Source of the DNA: Carcharhinus amblyrhynchos
Taxonomy: Eukaryota
Reading direction: 5' to 3'
DNA: 64,000 nt
Assembly: GCA_965287045.1 (NCBI GenBank)
Contig: OZ336886.1
Coordinates: forward strand, 28,396,001 to 28,460,000
Shown here: piece after piece, positions 12,655-24,854 of the stretch
Layout: every line of letters starts with the position of its first letter
Numbering within the stretch: position 1 is the first letter of the stretch
The notes under the pieces: generated by a model
The model's input: the letters and a program-made list of their open reading frames with translations, nothing else
The model's database searches: none
Told to the model about the DNA's origin: nothing
Program-made: the position numbers and the translations under genes

Positions 12655-13098
12655 TTGAGAGGGTTAGCAGATGAGGAGAGACTGAGTAGACTGGGGCTAC
12701 ACTCATTGGAATTCAAAAGGATGAGGGGGGATCTTACCTACAAAATTACGAAGGAAATAGGATAGAATCAGGGAAGTTGTTTCGCTGGCAGGTGAAACTA
12801 GAACTAGGGGGCATGGCCTCAAAACAAAAGGGAGCAGATTTAGAACTGAGTTGAGGAGGAACTTCTTCACCCAAAGGGTTGTGAATCTGTGGAATTCCCT
12901 GTCTAGTGAAACAGTTGAGGCTACCTCACTGAATGATTTTAAGGCAAGGATAGATCAATTTTTGAAGAGTAAAGGAATTAAGGGTTATGGTGAGTGGGTG
13001 GGTAAGTGGAGCTGAATCCACAAAAACATCAGCCATGATCTTATTGAATGGCAGGTTTGAGGGGCCTACTCCTGCTCCTAGTCCTTCTGTTCTTATGT
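12655..13098 (+). mobile_element. CR1 LINE 3' fragment
   Basis: EERLSRLGLHSLEF.RMRGDL...FRTELRRNFFTQRVVNLWNSL, then the 3' UTR ending ttctgttcttatg. Confidence 0.92.
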
Positions 13099-13227
13099 AA
13101 GGAGGGACTCAGGTAATAAAGGAAGAGAAGTCATCTTCAGCTGAAGCTTATTTTGTTGAAGGAAGGGGTTCCATTGAGTTTAAAAATGAATGTATAATTT
13201 CAGTACAACTCAGAATTCCATTATCAG

Positions 13228-13428
13228 TGATGTAAAGGCACCAGTTAACATATTTATAGTGTACAGACAACATCACTTAGCCATTATCACATTGCTGTCT
13301 GAAGGAGCTACCCGTGTTCATAATGCTGCCAAGTTCTCTGCATGACAACATTATCTACACTTCAAATACTGCAACAGCTTTATGAATACTTCGAGATATT
13401 CTGAGATTGGTAAAGTTGCTATATAATT
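13228..13428 (+). mobile_element. DeuSINE (SacSINE1-like) 3' fragment
   Basis: ccattatcacattgctgtctg...ctacacttcaaa...aaagttgctatataa; homologous to the 22065-22523 copy. Confidence 0.6.
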
Positions 13429-15564
13429 GTTTTTCTTGGAGATACTCCATTGTGTTACTGATGGTAAATTCTTTTTCTTTGATGAGATTTATGTTTCTGT
13501 GATTTTTGTTGCCTTGACAGGTTTGTATCTCTTGGTGTGTGCTGATGTCTGTGTTTTACAGTATCAATGTGATATGTTGTGTGAGTGCAGTTGATGTTGG
13601 TGACTTGTTTATATATTCATGTATGGAAAAAAAATCTAGTTTTGATCCATCAAGCTACCACACAAAAATTGTTTGGTGCGTCATTTTTGTTCAGTGATTT
13701 CTCTCTGCTAGAGACACTTGGGTTTTGCTAGTGCATGTTTTTGCTAACCTTTTATTCTGAAGCGTTGATCTAAAGTCTCTGGATACATGATTGGCCAGAA
13801 TGTTTGATGATGAGTCTGTTTCGTGTTATTTGTGCTGCTACCTGCCCCAAATGTTTATTTGTGTATTGAGGTCTTTACTTCTAAGTACAATGCTATGTGA
13901 TATCTGTCTGTGTGATACATTGGCCGGAATTTTACCGGCACGTCTGCCCGATTCCACAGCAGGTGAGGCTCAGAGAACTGCATTCTCTGTTGGCCTCAGA
14001 TGGGTCATATGAACCTCGAGTGGATGTGCTAGTAACGTCCGTCCATTGTTTTTGTCTGCATCTTATGAGCTTTGGCTGCTATCACTGGAGACTTATCATT
14101 GAAATGGCACCTCATGTCTCTCCATTTGTTTGCCTGTATGTTGCCTTGTACACTGCACTATACCTGGATAGGAAGCTGGGGCTGCTGAGCAATTCAGAGT
14201 GACAGAAGTTAATAATTCCTGTCTCTAGCAAGGGCAAATCACTGGCTTCAATGATTGTTGTCATGTGCTTCTAAGAGATGTAATCCAGTCTTAGTTTCAC
14301 TTTTACTTTGAGCAGAGCACAGAAGCACAACTCTAATGCCTTCAAGCTTTATACCCATGTTTTACTATTCTCTTGTGCCTAGCCTTAATAACCGGACCCA
14401 CAACATGTTTACCCGTTCCATTATGGGTGATTGGCACCTTGTGTCTAGTTCAGTAAAAAGCTGAAGTTATGATATCATTATAACAATACGACATGGCGAT
14501 CAGTGCTGCACAGATAGATGGCCGCAAGATGAAGTAAAGGTAAGACAAAGTAGTACAGGTAGCACAGCCTTAGATTGTGCTAAATGGCATTGGAAGACCC
14601 TCAACATTTTAGTCAGACTGCAATGAAGTTGCAGTCGTGGAGACTGAGTGATGGAGGAGAAAATCTTTCAGTAAAGAGCTGATAAGCAGACAGCATGGTG
14701 AGTTTGCAGTGCATAGCTACCAGTTCAGTGAGTGGAACAGCATGCCTATAGACCATAAGGTATAGGAGCAGAATTAGGCCATTGAGTCCTTGTCGAGAGG
14801 ATCAGCACCAGGTTAGTTCAGCCAGGAAAGGTGAGTGACCAGGGTGTGGGCTAGATTGACAGTGAGTGAGGGAATGTCAAATAAAAAAAACCAGATTGAA
14901 TATCAGGCCAGAGAAGGTTGCGATCATAATACACAGCTTTGGGAATGCTGTTACTCAGTTTGCATTCTCACCACAACTCCATCTTCATGGTTGAAGCTTT
15001 GGTAAAGCATGCAAAAGTGGCTGCAATGACATTCATTCCAGATACTATGGAAGGAAGGACAGAAGAAAATTGTTAGAATGTCTGCAAAATTTCCCAGATT
15101 GAACTGGGGTGCAGTTGATCTACTATCCAAATTCAAAATGCTTAAGCAACATACAGAGTTATGGTTTCTTGATTCAAGTGTGTCTGAACCGGACAAACAG
15201 GCCAAAACAATTCACCTAGTAATTGGGAATGAAGGTCTACATAACTGAACACATCAGGATTAACAGAAGAAGAGCCAAAGGATCTCCAAAAAGTGCTGGC
15301 GTGCTGCTTTGGACTTTAGTAGAGTGCTGAAATTGAGGTTTGGTGACTGAGAGAATTTGGTCGAGAGGGCAGGGAGTGCTCCTTTCCTTTTGACCTTTCC
15401 TCAGAAAGAAAAGCAGCGAGTTTGGGAAGTTGGATCTGGTGAGTATTTCCACTGTCCTTATATACCATGAACTCGAAGAGGTAAAAGTAAAGGGAATAAT
15501 TTACAGTACAGTGAAATATATAACTGAATAAAGTAATTAAATAGATAGTGCAATCACATTAAGG

Positions 15565-15690
15565 ATAGCAGAGCAGGTGATGAGTCACAACTGCAGCATG
15601 TGGGAGGCTCCTGGATGCCAGGGCAAACATGTCTGCAGTAAGTGTTTGAAGTTCTCAGAGTTTATGAGCTAGAGATTGAATTATAGACAC
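15565..15690 (+). mobile_element. CR1 ORF1 N-terminal zinc-finger fragment inserted in the gag relic
   Basis: QVMSHNCSMWE...GKHVCSKC...RVYELE resembles the Cx2CxMWE...CxKC start of CR1 ORF1. Confidence 0.55.
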
Positions 15691-15938
15691 TTATTCCGAT
15701 GTTTGTATGTGTATTTGATGTGGTCTACATTGGAAGGCCAATTCAGAATCAGGCTAAACTATTGTATTTCTCAACCAGTGTCATTTCAACAACAGCCTAC
15801 AGAATCCACTTCATCAGCAGATGCAGTGAAATGAGTGTGTACTGTGATTCTTCAAATGCATAGCTGAAAGACATAATTGCTGAGTTGGTGATTGCATCCA
15901 CTACCTGGAAGAATTCCAGAAAGATCTGCCAGACAAGC

Positions 15939-16210
15939 TGGTGAAACAATGGCACCATGGTTAGCACTGCTGCCTCACAGTGCCAGGGACCTGGGTTCAA
16001 TTCCGGCTTGGGTCACTGTCTGTGTGGAGTCTGCATGTTCTCCTCGTGTCTATGTGGGTTTCCTCCGGGTAATCTGGTTTCCTCCCACAGTCCAAAGACC
16101 ATGCTGATTAGGGGCATTGGCCATGCTAAATTTTTCCCTCAGTGTGCCTGAACAGGCACCGGAGTGTGGCAACTAGGGCATTTGCAGTAAATAAACTAAA
16201 CTTAAAACTT
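15939..16210 (+). mobile_element. V-SINE with alternative tail and 6-bp TSD
   Basis: Flanked by acaagc at 15933-15938 and 16211-16216. Tail gaacaggcaccggagtgtggcaactaggg...taaataaact. Confidence 0.88.
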
Positions 16211-16446
16211 ACAAGCCCAAAATGTACAGCATTGAAGAGTGACTCAAGGATGGTTATAACTACAAAGCAATCCTCGCAGGTCTCCAAAGCTTACAGATCT
16301 TAAGCACAAGCCTAATGGTTGATGCACTGAATAGGACATCAAAACCTAGCAATTCATGTAGAAGGTGTGGTTTTCTGCATGCGCCAAGGAAATGCCCAGT
16401 ATCCCATCAGAAACATAGCAAGCAGGCTGCTTTGCCCTGGGTGTCT

Positions 16447-16775
16447 TATAGAATCAAAAAATCCTACAGTGCAGAAGGAGGCCATTCAGTCCATCGAGTC
16501 TGCACTGACCACAATCCCATCTTGGCCCTATCCCCATAACCCCATGTATTTATCCTAGCTGGTCCCCTTGAACTATGGGGCAATTCAGCATGGCCAATCC
16601 ACCTACCCAGCACATTTTTGGACTATGGGAGGAAACCGGAGCACCCAGAGGAAACCCATGCAGACATAGGGAGAATGTGCAAACTCCACACAGAGAGAGG
16701 CCCAAGCTGGAAATTGAACCTGGGTCCCCAGCGCTGTGAGGCAGCAGTACCAATCACTGTGCCACCATGCCACCC
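16447..16775 (-). mobile_element. HE1-type V-SINE, full length
   Basis: Head, V-domain and CR1-like tail are all present. Confidence 0.92.
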
Positions 16776-17459
16776 TTCATGTTGAAGCTGCACTCATCCA
16801 ATAAAGCAGAGAGTACTTCCACACACCAGTTTCCACTGAGTGTGCAATGTTAAAATCAAACTTGAGGTTGGGACACTACCTGACTGGATTCCTATCCAGT
16901 TTCTGGCAGATTCCAACCAAAGTTAGTGTGGAACTCTGCTGAAACGGCTGTCGATCGCCAGCATCTCTGTTCTAGTAACAATAAAAACAAATCAATCTAA
17001 ATGTACCCCATAAAAGCTGTTGAAATGTTTCCTCTTGTTAATTTGTCATCAAATTTATTTCGGGGAGAGCTATTGTAGAGTTGCTGCAGAAAATTTTTGT
17101 TAAAATATAGCTGACAGAATAATCCTCCTGCAAAATTGAATCAATCCAATTAAAAATATTGGATGGAATTTTCCACTCTTGCCAAAGTTAGTGAGCGTCT
17201 GAATAGTTCGCCATATCCATCACTGGGAATCCGCTGCAACTGGGCTGGAAAGTCCTGTCAGTACGTTTAGGATTCTAGGAGAAACTGAAGCTTTCAACTA
17301 AAAACTTTGATCAAGACATGAAAAGTTAATGGGCAAATTTAATTAAGTTACTGGAAGATAAAAATATTCTTTTTGTTCATCCTTTCATTTTGGACATTGG
17401 AAATGTTACTTGCTGGGGAAAAGAAAATTATGGATGGAATCGTCACAAACTTGGCAACG

Positions 17460-17990
17460 TGCAGTCTTGGGTGGCACATCCCAGGATGCTGGCACTCTGA
17501 GGAATGCTGGAGTTCAGGAATTTGCTGAGTTCCAGTCAGGTGAAGAGACTGTGGTCTCAGTCATGCCTCAGTTGCTGGCGATACAAAGACAAGCTCAGGA
17601 ACATCAGAAAGAGATATCTGCTTCACTCCGCAGATTGCAAAACTCGGTGGAGAAGTCCACCCACCTTCAGACCAAGGTGATAGCGCTGACAGGCCAATGT
17701 ACAGGTGGGGTGGTGGCCACTGTGAGAGCTTGGTCTCTCAGTGCAGGAGCCTCACTCCATGGCTGATGCACGTGCTGGCGTCCATCAGTGTCAATGTCAG
17801 AAGAGGAATGGGAAGGGGCATTGCCATCATACTCCAGTTGCCCTTCCCTCTCAGGGAGGCAGCTGGGGGCCCTCAGGCAACCAGAGGGAGGAGGATCAGC
17901 AAGTGCAGAGGACCCTGAGAGTGTCCTGAACATCCAAATCCCCTCCTCTTCTGACTCCTTGAGCCCCAGTTCCACAGTCCGAGGAGGGTG
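17460..17990 (+). pseudogene. Harbinger Myb/SANT gene relic, C-terminal coiled-coil exon
   Basis: GTSQDAGTLRNAG...VMPQLLAIQRQAQEHQKEISASLRRLQ is similar to RISQETGTRRDA in the 23.7-24.1 kb copy. Confidence 0.6.
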
Positions 17991-19530
17991 GCATTGGGTG
18001 GGGGGGGGGGGTGCGGACAAGAGATATTAATACATTGAGATTTGGTGGCAGCTGTGGAATGGGAATGGGGCATGGCTGACCAAAGGAGGGAGGTGACAGC
18101 CCAATGAAGGCTTGTCAGGGATGGCAGGGGGAAGTTAGACTACAAAAGAAAGATCAATGCCTACAGACTGTGAGTCAAGCTTGTTTGTGGGAGATCAAGG
18201 ATTATAGAAGGAGGTTAATGGTGAGAGTCGAGGGTAATAGAGGGCAGGATGATAGAGAAGGGGTTGAGGATGATGGATGTCAGGTTGACGGTGCTGGGGG
18301 CAGGTCCAGGAATCCAGGGGGGTGGTGGCAGCTGTTCCAGAGTTACAAATTCCTCATAAACATTCACACTGTGGGGGTGTTGTAGGGGGGCTCTATGGGT
18401 GAGGTATTCTGTGTGGGGGTGTTGTGGGGGGGCTGTATAGGTGGGGTATTCTGTGGGGCTGGCTGCTGGAGGTGACGTTGGAACAGGGGTTTGATGCTGC
18501 TGGGTGGCAAGGGGTTTAAATATGGCAGCCCAATCTTCAACCCCGTGAGGTGGGGCCAGTGACTTCCTGCCATTTGATTGGCCAGGGGCCTCACCTTTGC
18601 ATATGTAATTGACTGTCTGCTGCATGATGGCATGTGGCCAGCAGCAGTGTGGAAATGCTCGAGGTTCGGGGTACCACCATCACCCTCAACATCAGGATAT
18701 ACTGTCCTGTGTGTGTGAGGCTGACACCCACTGCTTCACAAGCAAGAGTGTTACCACTGAACCATCATCCTTGCTGAGCAGGCATTTTGATGGAACCAAG
18801 AAAATGTAAATTGTTAACTTCACTCACACATGAAAGAAGCTGACAAAAGCTTCCCGACAAATGAAGAAAAGGGAAAAGTAGGCAGAAGAATTACTTTATA
18901 CCTTGATGAAGTTGAACACGTACAGGACTATATAATAATGAAGTAGACAAAGACCGCATGGGGACATCAATATAAGATCAATGCTGATCAGAACAAATGC
19001 AAATTGGATAACCTGGACTTCAAGAAACTGCCAACAAAGAAGATTTTTCCAATTCGGAGATTGCATTGATACTATCACAATGATAAAAGGAACATCTACA
19101 AAGCAGAATAATGATCAAATGAGCTTACCAACATAAGAAATAACTACAGAGCAAGCTCTGACTGTGAGAAGATTATAGGCTATGGAAACAAATCAAAGGC
19201 CCCTTGGCTAAAGTATGTGATCAAATCCTTCCTGTGTCAATCATGCGGCTGGTCCACCCCTTCAGCTAGAATTCAGAGCAAAGTAGTAAGTGTTGCTCAC
19301 CATCCTCTCACTTGGAGTTTTGCTGCACCCAACTGTGAATGAAGAGTCAGGAAGGGAACATCCTTCAACAACACTAAAAACAAAACTATTTTTGGAATAT
19401 TTTTCTCTCTAAATGACTTCGACATTGATGATTAAATGACTTTGTAAACATAATGTGGGGGAGGGGGTCAGTGGTGGGGGAGGGGATATTTTCCACTCCA
19501 GCAGGATTTCCTGTAACAACTGCCACCCCA

Positions 19531-19626
19531 CTCACCTGACGAAGGGGCAAAGCCCTGAAAGCTGGTGGTGCTTGCTACCAAATAAACCTGTTGGACTTTA
19601 ACCTGGTGTTGTGAGACTCCTTACTG
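19531..19626 (+). mobile_element. Penelope-type terminal fragment with a minimal hammerhead-ribozyme motif
   Basis: cac-CTGACGA-a-ggggc-aaa-gccct-GAAA-gc-t-g-gtg at 19533-19567, then ccaaataaacctgttggactttaacctggtgttgtgag, which is shared with 38194-38242. Confidence 0.7.
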
Positions 19627-19753
19627 AATTTTTTTGTGAGCAGAGATGGTCCACTAATTGGTTGTCAAGTGCATGGCGGAAAATCATGGAAAACTGCTGA
19701 TATTTGTAACAGTTCCTGGCGTAGCGCGTGTTCCACTGACATCTCCTTCCAGG

Positions 19754-20764
19754 TACATAAGAACATAAGAACATAAGAAATAGGAGCAGGAGTAGGCCAC
19801 CTAGCCCTTCGAGCCTGCCCCGCCATTCAATAAGATCATGGCTGATCTGAAGTGGATCAGTTCCACTTTCCCGCCTGCTCCCCATAACCCTTAATTCCCT
19901 TATCGATCAGAAATCTATCTACCCGTGACTTAAATATATTCAACGAGGTAGCCTCCACCACTTCAATGGGCAGAGAATTCCAGAGATTCATCACCCTCTG
20001 AGAGAAGAAGTTCCTTCTTAACTCTGTTCTAAACTGCCCTGCCCTTATTTTGAGGCTTTGCTCTCTAGTTCTGGTTTCCTTTCTAAGTGGAGAGAATCTC
20101 TCTACCTCTACCCTATCTAGCCCCTTCATTATCTAGTAAGTCTCTATAAGATCCCCCCTCAGCCCTCTAAACTCTAATGAGTACAGACCCAGTCTATTCA
20201 ATCTCTCTTCATAAGCTAACCCCCTCATCTCTGGTATCAGCCTGGTGAACCTTCTCTGCACTCCCTCCTAGGCCAATATATCCTTTCGCAAATAAGGGGA
20301 CCAAAACTGCACACAGTACTCCAGCTGCGGGCTCACCAGTGCCCTGTACAGTTGCAGCAAGACCTCCCAGCTTTTATATTCTATCCCCCTCGCTATAAAG
20401 GCCAACATTCCATTCACCTTCCTGATCACCTGCTGCACCTGCAGACTGGGTTTTTGCGATTCGTGCACAAGGACCCCCAGGTCCCTCTCTACAGTAGCAT
20501 GCTGCAATTTTTCACCATTTAAATAATATTCCTTCCTACTATTATTTCTTCCAAAGTGGATAACCTCACATTTGCCAACGTTATACTCCATCTGCCAGGT
20601 CCTCGCCCACTCACTCAGCCTATCCAGATCTCTCTGCAGACTTTCCGTGTCCTCCATGCAATTTGCTTTTCCACTCATCTTTGTGTCATCAGCAAACTTT
20701 GGTGCCCTACACTCAGCCCCCTCCTCCAGATCGTCTATGTATATGGTAAACAGTTGAGGCCCCA
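19754..20764 (-). mobile_element. Young 5'-truncated CR1 LINE
   Basis: ORF 20268-20786 reads LGPQLFTIYIDDL...KFADDTKM...LVSPQLEYCVQFWSP. The tail is (ttcttatg)n. Confidence 0.96.
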
Positions 20765-20989
20765 AGGTTGAGGTAATGGGTGCCATCCTCTGATGAGGGT
20801 CTCTCAGTATGAAGCAACCTTACCCTCTGGCTCCCACTTATATCAAAGGAACATCCAGAGTCACATCTGGAGGCCCTTCCAGCTACTGACACCCTTCCCC
20901 CCAACCCACCACACACACTCCTCCCCTCCCCACCCCTCACAGCCCCGCAGGGAGTGCTACTTCAATTATTCAGACAAGTGATTCTGTCT

Positions 20990-21390
20990 TCATAGAATCA
21001 TAGAATCCCGACAGTGCAGAAGGAGGCTATTTGGCCCATCGGGTTTGCACCAACCACAATCCCACTGACTCTTACCCAAGCCCTATCCTCATAACCACAC
21101 TTATTTACTCTGCTAATCCCCTGAACCCATATATCTTGGGACACTAAGAAGGAACTTACTATTGCTAATCCACTTAACATGCAAACCTTTGGACACTAGG
21201 TGGCAATTTTGCATGGCCAATCCACTTAACCTGCACATCTTTGGACTGTGGGAGGAAACCGGAGCAACCAGAGGAAACCCACGTAGACACGGGGAGAACA
21301 TGCAAACGCCACATAGTCAGTGACTCGAGGCCGGAATCTGACCTGGGTCCTTGGTTCTGTGAGGCAGCAGTGCTAACCACTGTCACACTG
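20990..21390 (-). mobile_element. HE1-type V-SINE with short internal duplication
   Basis: Head, V-domain and tail present. The aatccacttaac...tgca...ctttggac unit occurs twice (21166-21250). Confidence 0.9.
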
Positions 21391-22064
21391 GGTAGCATTT
21401 AAATGAGGCAAGGCCTCAGCATTCCCAGCTTTCCTAGGTTCACTGGCTGCCACTGGGCTCCAGTACAGCTTTCAGACTCCCCTGTTCATACTGAGGCCAG
21501 TGTAATCGGATTCAGCAGCCTCGAGCTTTCGCCAGATTTAAACAACTTATCTTGCGAATGCTACGAATGTTGAAGCAGCCAACAAACTGACTTGGGGAAA
21601 TTGGCAGTGGTGTTGGTAATTAAGAAAATTTCCTCAAATGCGGTGCTGTGCAGGATCTTATAATCCTTCGTCAGTATTGATACATATCTATTTAATGTCT
21701 GTTCCCAAAAGCTGCAACAAAATAAATTAAGTCTGACAGTTAGTGGCAATAGCTGACCTTGAGAGAGAATTAGTGGGTCATTTCTCCTTATGGTATTGTT
21801 CTCTTTCTCACTCACTGTGCTGAAACTCCAATTATATTGATTTACAATTGGAAATTATATACTCTAGTGCCACAATGTACAAAAGGAATAGCAATATTGT
21901 CGCTGGAATGCCAGTCTTTTACTTGCATGAATTCAGCCACTGTTCCTGGATTTTTTTCACTTCAGTGTAATTTGATGCACATTGCTCAAGTCAAAGCATT
22001 GCATTTGTGGTAAATAAAATACAAGGCATGCTTCTGTTGGAAACAAAGGAATAAAGATGTGAAT

Positions 22065-22523
22065 TTACTGCAGTGACTCTTATAACCCCAGGATGTCTTG
22101 AAGCACATTACACTTTGAAGTATGGTCACTGTTGCAATGTAGGAAACACAGCAAAAAATTTGCACACCCAACTATGAGATAATGACCAGATAACCAATTC
22201 CTCTCAAGCGATGTTGATAGAGGGGTGAATATTGGTCATGGTATCAGGGATAATTCCTCTTTCCTAATCTAGTGCTATTGGATTTTGTCGCCAGAATTCT
22301 ACCACGCCGTCTGCCACGGAAGCGAGGCCATAAAATCCTACCCTGTATGTCCACCTGGATTAATGTGTTTCTCGAAAGATGGAACATCTGATGGTGCAGC
22401 ATTCCTTCAGCACCAAATTGGAAAGTTGGCTCAGATTTTTGTGCTCAAGTCCCTGGCATGGGTCTTGAACCCACAATTCGCTGGCACAGAATTGCAAGTG
22501 CTACCAGCTAAGCCACAACTGAC
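22065..22523 (-). mobile_element. DeuSINE (SacSINE1-like), near full length
   Basis: Reverse strand gives tcagttgtggcttagctggtagcactt...gtgggttcaagaccc...gacttgagcacaaaaatc...atctttcgagaaac (Deu-domain-like), then an L2-like tail. Confidence 0.75.
22289..22343. mobile_element. 55-bp mini-MITE nested in the DeuSINE
   Basis: cgccagaattctacc...ccataaaatcctaccc flanked by tgt (22286-22288, 22344-22346). Host sequence resumes in register. Confidence 0.65.
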
Positions 22524-22865
22524 TTAAGTATCTGATTCTTGAAGTCAATTAAAATAATCTCCTCATACAGATGCTCTGGTAATCTAAGCCTCTCAAATCT
22601 TTCTGTCTGTCATCTAGTTGACATTCCCCTCCCCATTGTTTTCTTCTGAGAAACCCATTCTCCAATCCATCGAAACATTAAGTACACTACAGGTGATGCA
22701 AAAGGTACATTCATCTGGAGTTTAAAAAAAGTTCTATGATCTTCCCTCTTCTGCAATGGATATTATCATTATTTTGTTTTCAAATCAATGACCCTGTAAC
22801 AAAATAATTTATTAAGTAGCCTGTGTAATTCTAGTATAATTAAAGACAGCAGGTTCTTACATTTA

Positions 22866-23049
22866 TATCATAGAATCCCTACAGTGCAGAAGGAACCATT
22901 CGGTCCATCAAACGTGCACCAACTCTTTGACAGAGCATTCCACCCAGGCCCAACCCTGGTGGCCCCATGCATTCACCCGCTAATCTCTCTAACTCACACA
23001 TATTGGGGCAATTTAGCATGGGCAACCAACTTAACCTGCACATCTCTGG
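22866..23049 (-). mobile_element. HE1 SINE 3' half
   Basis: tcatagaatccctacagtgcagaagg...ggggcaatttagcatgg...aacctgcacatct. Confidence 0.85.
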
Positions 23050-23629
23050 AGATGTAAAGGGTCCAGCTATGTAGACTGACTGCAATAGATTCGAGCAGGC
23101 AGTTGACTGATGGACTCACTGTCTGGCTGCCCAGTCCTTCTGGGAGAGATAACAGATCTCAACTATACCCTCACAAAACTCAGAATGGGTCAACTCTTTC
23201 TGGGGCTGTGTACAGACGTTCAAGACCCTGAACACTGGTCTCTCATCAAGTGACTGACATCATGCTTCTGTCGAATGGCAACCTCTAATGGATAAGTGTG
23301 TTCTTTATACATAACATGGAGTAGAATCCTACACATCGCCACCTCATTTTCACCATGCACAATTAGAGCTCAGGTCCAATTGTTAAAACCCCATTGATAC
23401 CTGCAAGAGTGTCTCAAACCCCAAAGGGTAACTTGAAATAGTGGTTCTTGGTGGTGTATATTTGTTTGGAATAATGTGAAGAACACTGTACAACCCAATG
23501 AGGAACCCAGCCAGTCCTTGTGTAAACAATTAATAAAGAGTATTTATTAAAGTAAAAGAGAAGAAAACATATGACAAGGAAGGCTAATGTGCACAATGAC
23601 ACTTCCGTATATTAATACTAATAGGTGCT

Positions 23630-24854
23630 CCCATTAGTGTGTTGCTCACAGGAAGGGGGGACTTACATAGGGTGGACACCCCCAGGGTCTCCTGGGTGGA
23701 AGGCTCCATGCTGTGTATCAGATGGTCCTCATCCCTTCAGGTGCTCGGTGGACCCAGTGATAATCCTTAGGATAGAGGGACAGAAGCTCCACCATCCTCT
23801 GGCACAGATACCCATGGATTCCCAGCAGTGCCTGTACCTTGTAGCTGAAGTCTTTGGCATCCCTCCGAGTGCCAGTTTCCTGTGATATCCTTGCCTCTGT
23901 CTGCTGTGGATCTTCAGCTGTGAGGTACTCAGCGGTGAATGGTCCAGAAGCCTGTCTACTTAGAGATGCCAGCGAGGTGTGAGTATCTGCATTGCTGGGT
24001 GACCTCTTCCATGGTGGGGTCCAAGACATCCCCTTCAAAGCGGCTGTAGTATGGTGGCTCCAGGGGCTGCGAGGATGGTCCAGGTTGCTTGGCTGCTTTG
24101 CCGGCAAGAGAAAGGAGATGAAATTAATGCATTACAGGGGATAAAGGAGGGAACATTGATTACCCACTTGAGGGTTGAGGAATGATAGCATGTTTTGAGG
24201 ATTCTCATGTTTGTGTGCTGCACACTTCATTCTCAACATAGACATGCCATTCCTCCTCTCCAGCCAGCTTAAGGGCTCTGTCCTGAAAATACGTGAGAGT
24301 TCTGAACTTTGGTATTACTCTGGCTAGGCATGCTTGCTTACGCTTGTTGGGGTTGAGTTTGTCCTGCAATGATACAGATAGAGAGAGTGTAGGTGTCAGT
24401 GTTAATATTTAAGTTAGCGATCAGCTGTGGCAGGAGTTGGTCTTGCGTGTGAGTTGGAGTGTGAGCAGCACAGCATGGAGGGGAACATGGTGATTGGGAG
24501 AAGTGGGGAAGAGCCTCCTTATAGGTGTTGGCAATGGTTAATGTGACTGAATGAGAGATGAAGGTGGAAGTGGGAAGGGTGTACGAGGTGGTCCAGAAAA
24601 AGACTGCAAGAGACTGACTTACCCTGGCTGATCAATGAAGATCATTCATCTTCCTGAGGAACTGCTTCCTGTCCTCTTCTGCAGCGTGCTTGCACTCACC
24701 AGGGCTGCCACTGCATCTCAGGCAGGGTGGGGTGACCTGGTGGGAGGCCTTCTTCTGGAGTGGGGTAGAGTGCAGCCCGCTTCTGCTACACTTCATCAAG
24801 GAATCTGGTCAGGGCGCCCTCTGAGGAACGTGGTGTGGGCTTCCTGGCTGCCAT
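23630..24854 (-). pseudogene. Harbinger Myb/SANT (MSANTD/NAIF1-like) gene relic, three exons
   Basis: Exon 1 (24854-24623): MAARKPTPRSSEGALTRFLDEV*QKRAALYP...A*DAVAALVSASTLQKRTG..RKMNDL..SAR|gtaagt. Acceptor ttgcag| at 24363, then DKLNPNKRKQ...LTYFQDRALKLAGEE. Exon 3 lies in ORF 23718-24107. A TIR-like end ggtaagattggcttc is at about 25097. Confidence 0.8.

Larger units (their letters stand above)
15078..16405 (+). pseudogene. Gypsy-type LTR-retrotransposon gag relic, split into three pieces
   Basis: 15078-15295 reads MSAKFPRLNWGAVDLLSKFKMLKQHTELWFLD...IGNEGLH. 15781-15938 reads SFQQQPTES..FISRC...IAELVIAST..EEFQKDL. 16211-16400 reads KPKMYSIEE...CRRCGFLHAPRKCP, a CCHC-like knuckle. Confidence 0.7.

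Noticed and set aside
18790-19200. Purine-rich stretch as a continuation of Gypsy pol
   Set aside because: I could not recover a convincing protease or RT motif in any frame.
20790-20815. ctgatga motifs here and at about 42442 and 58444 as further hammerheads
   Set aside because: No stem II followed by GAAA and no closing stem I.
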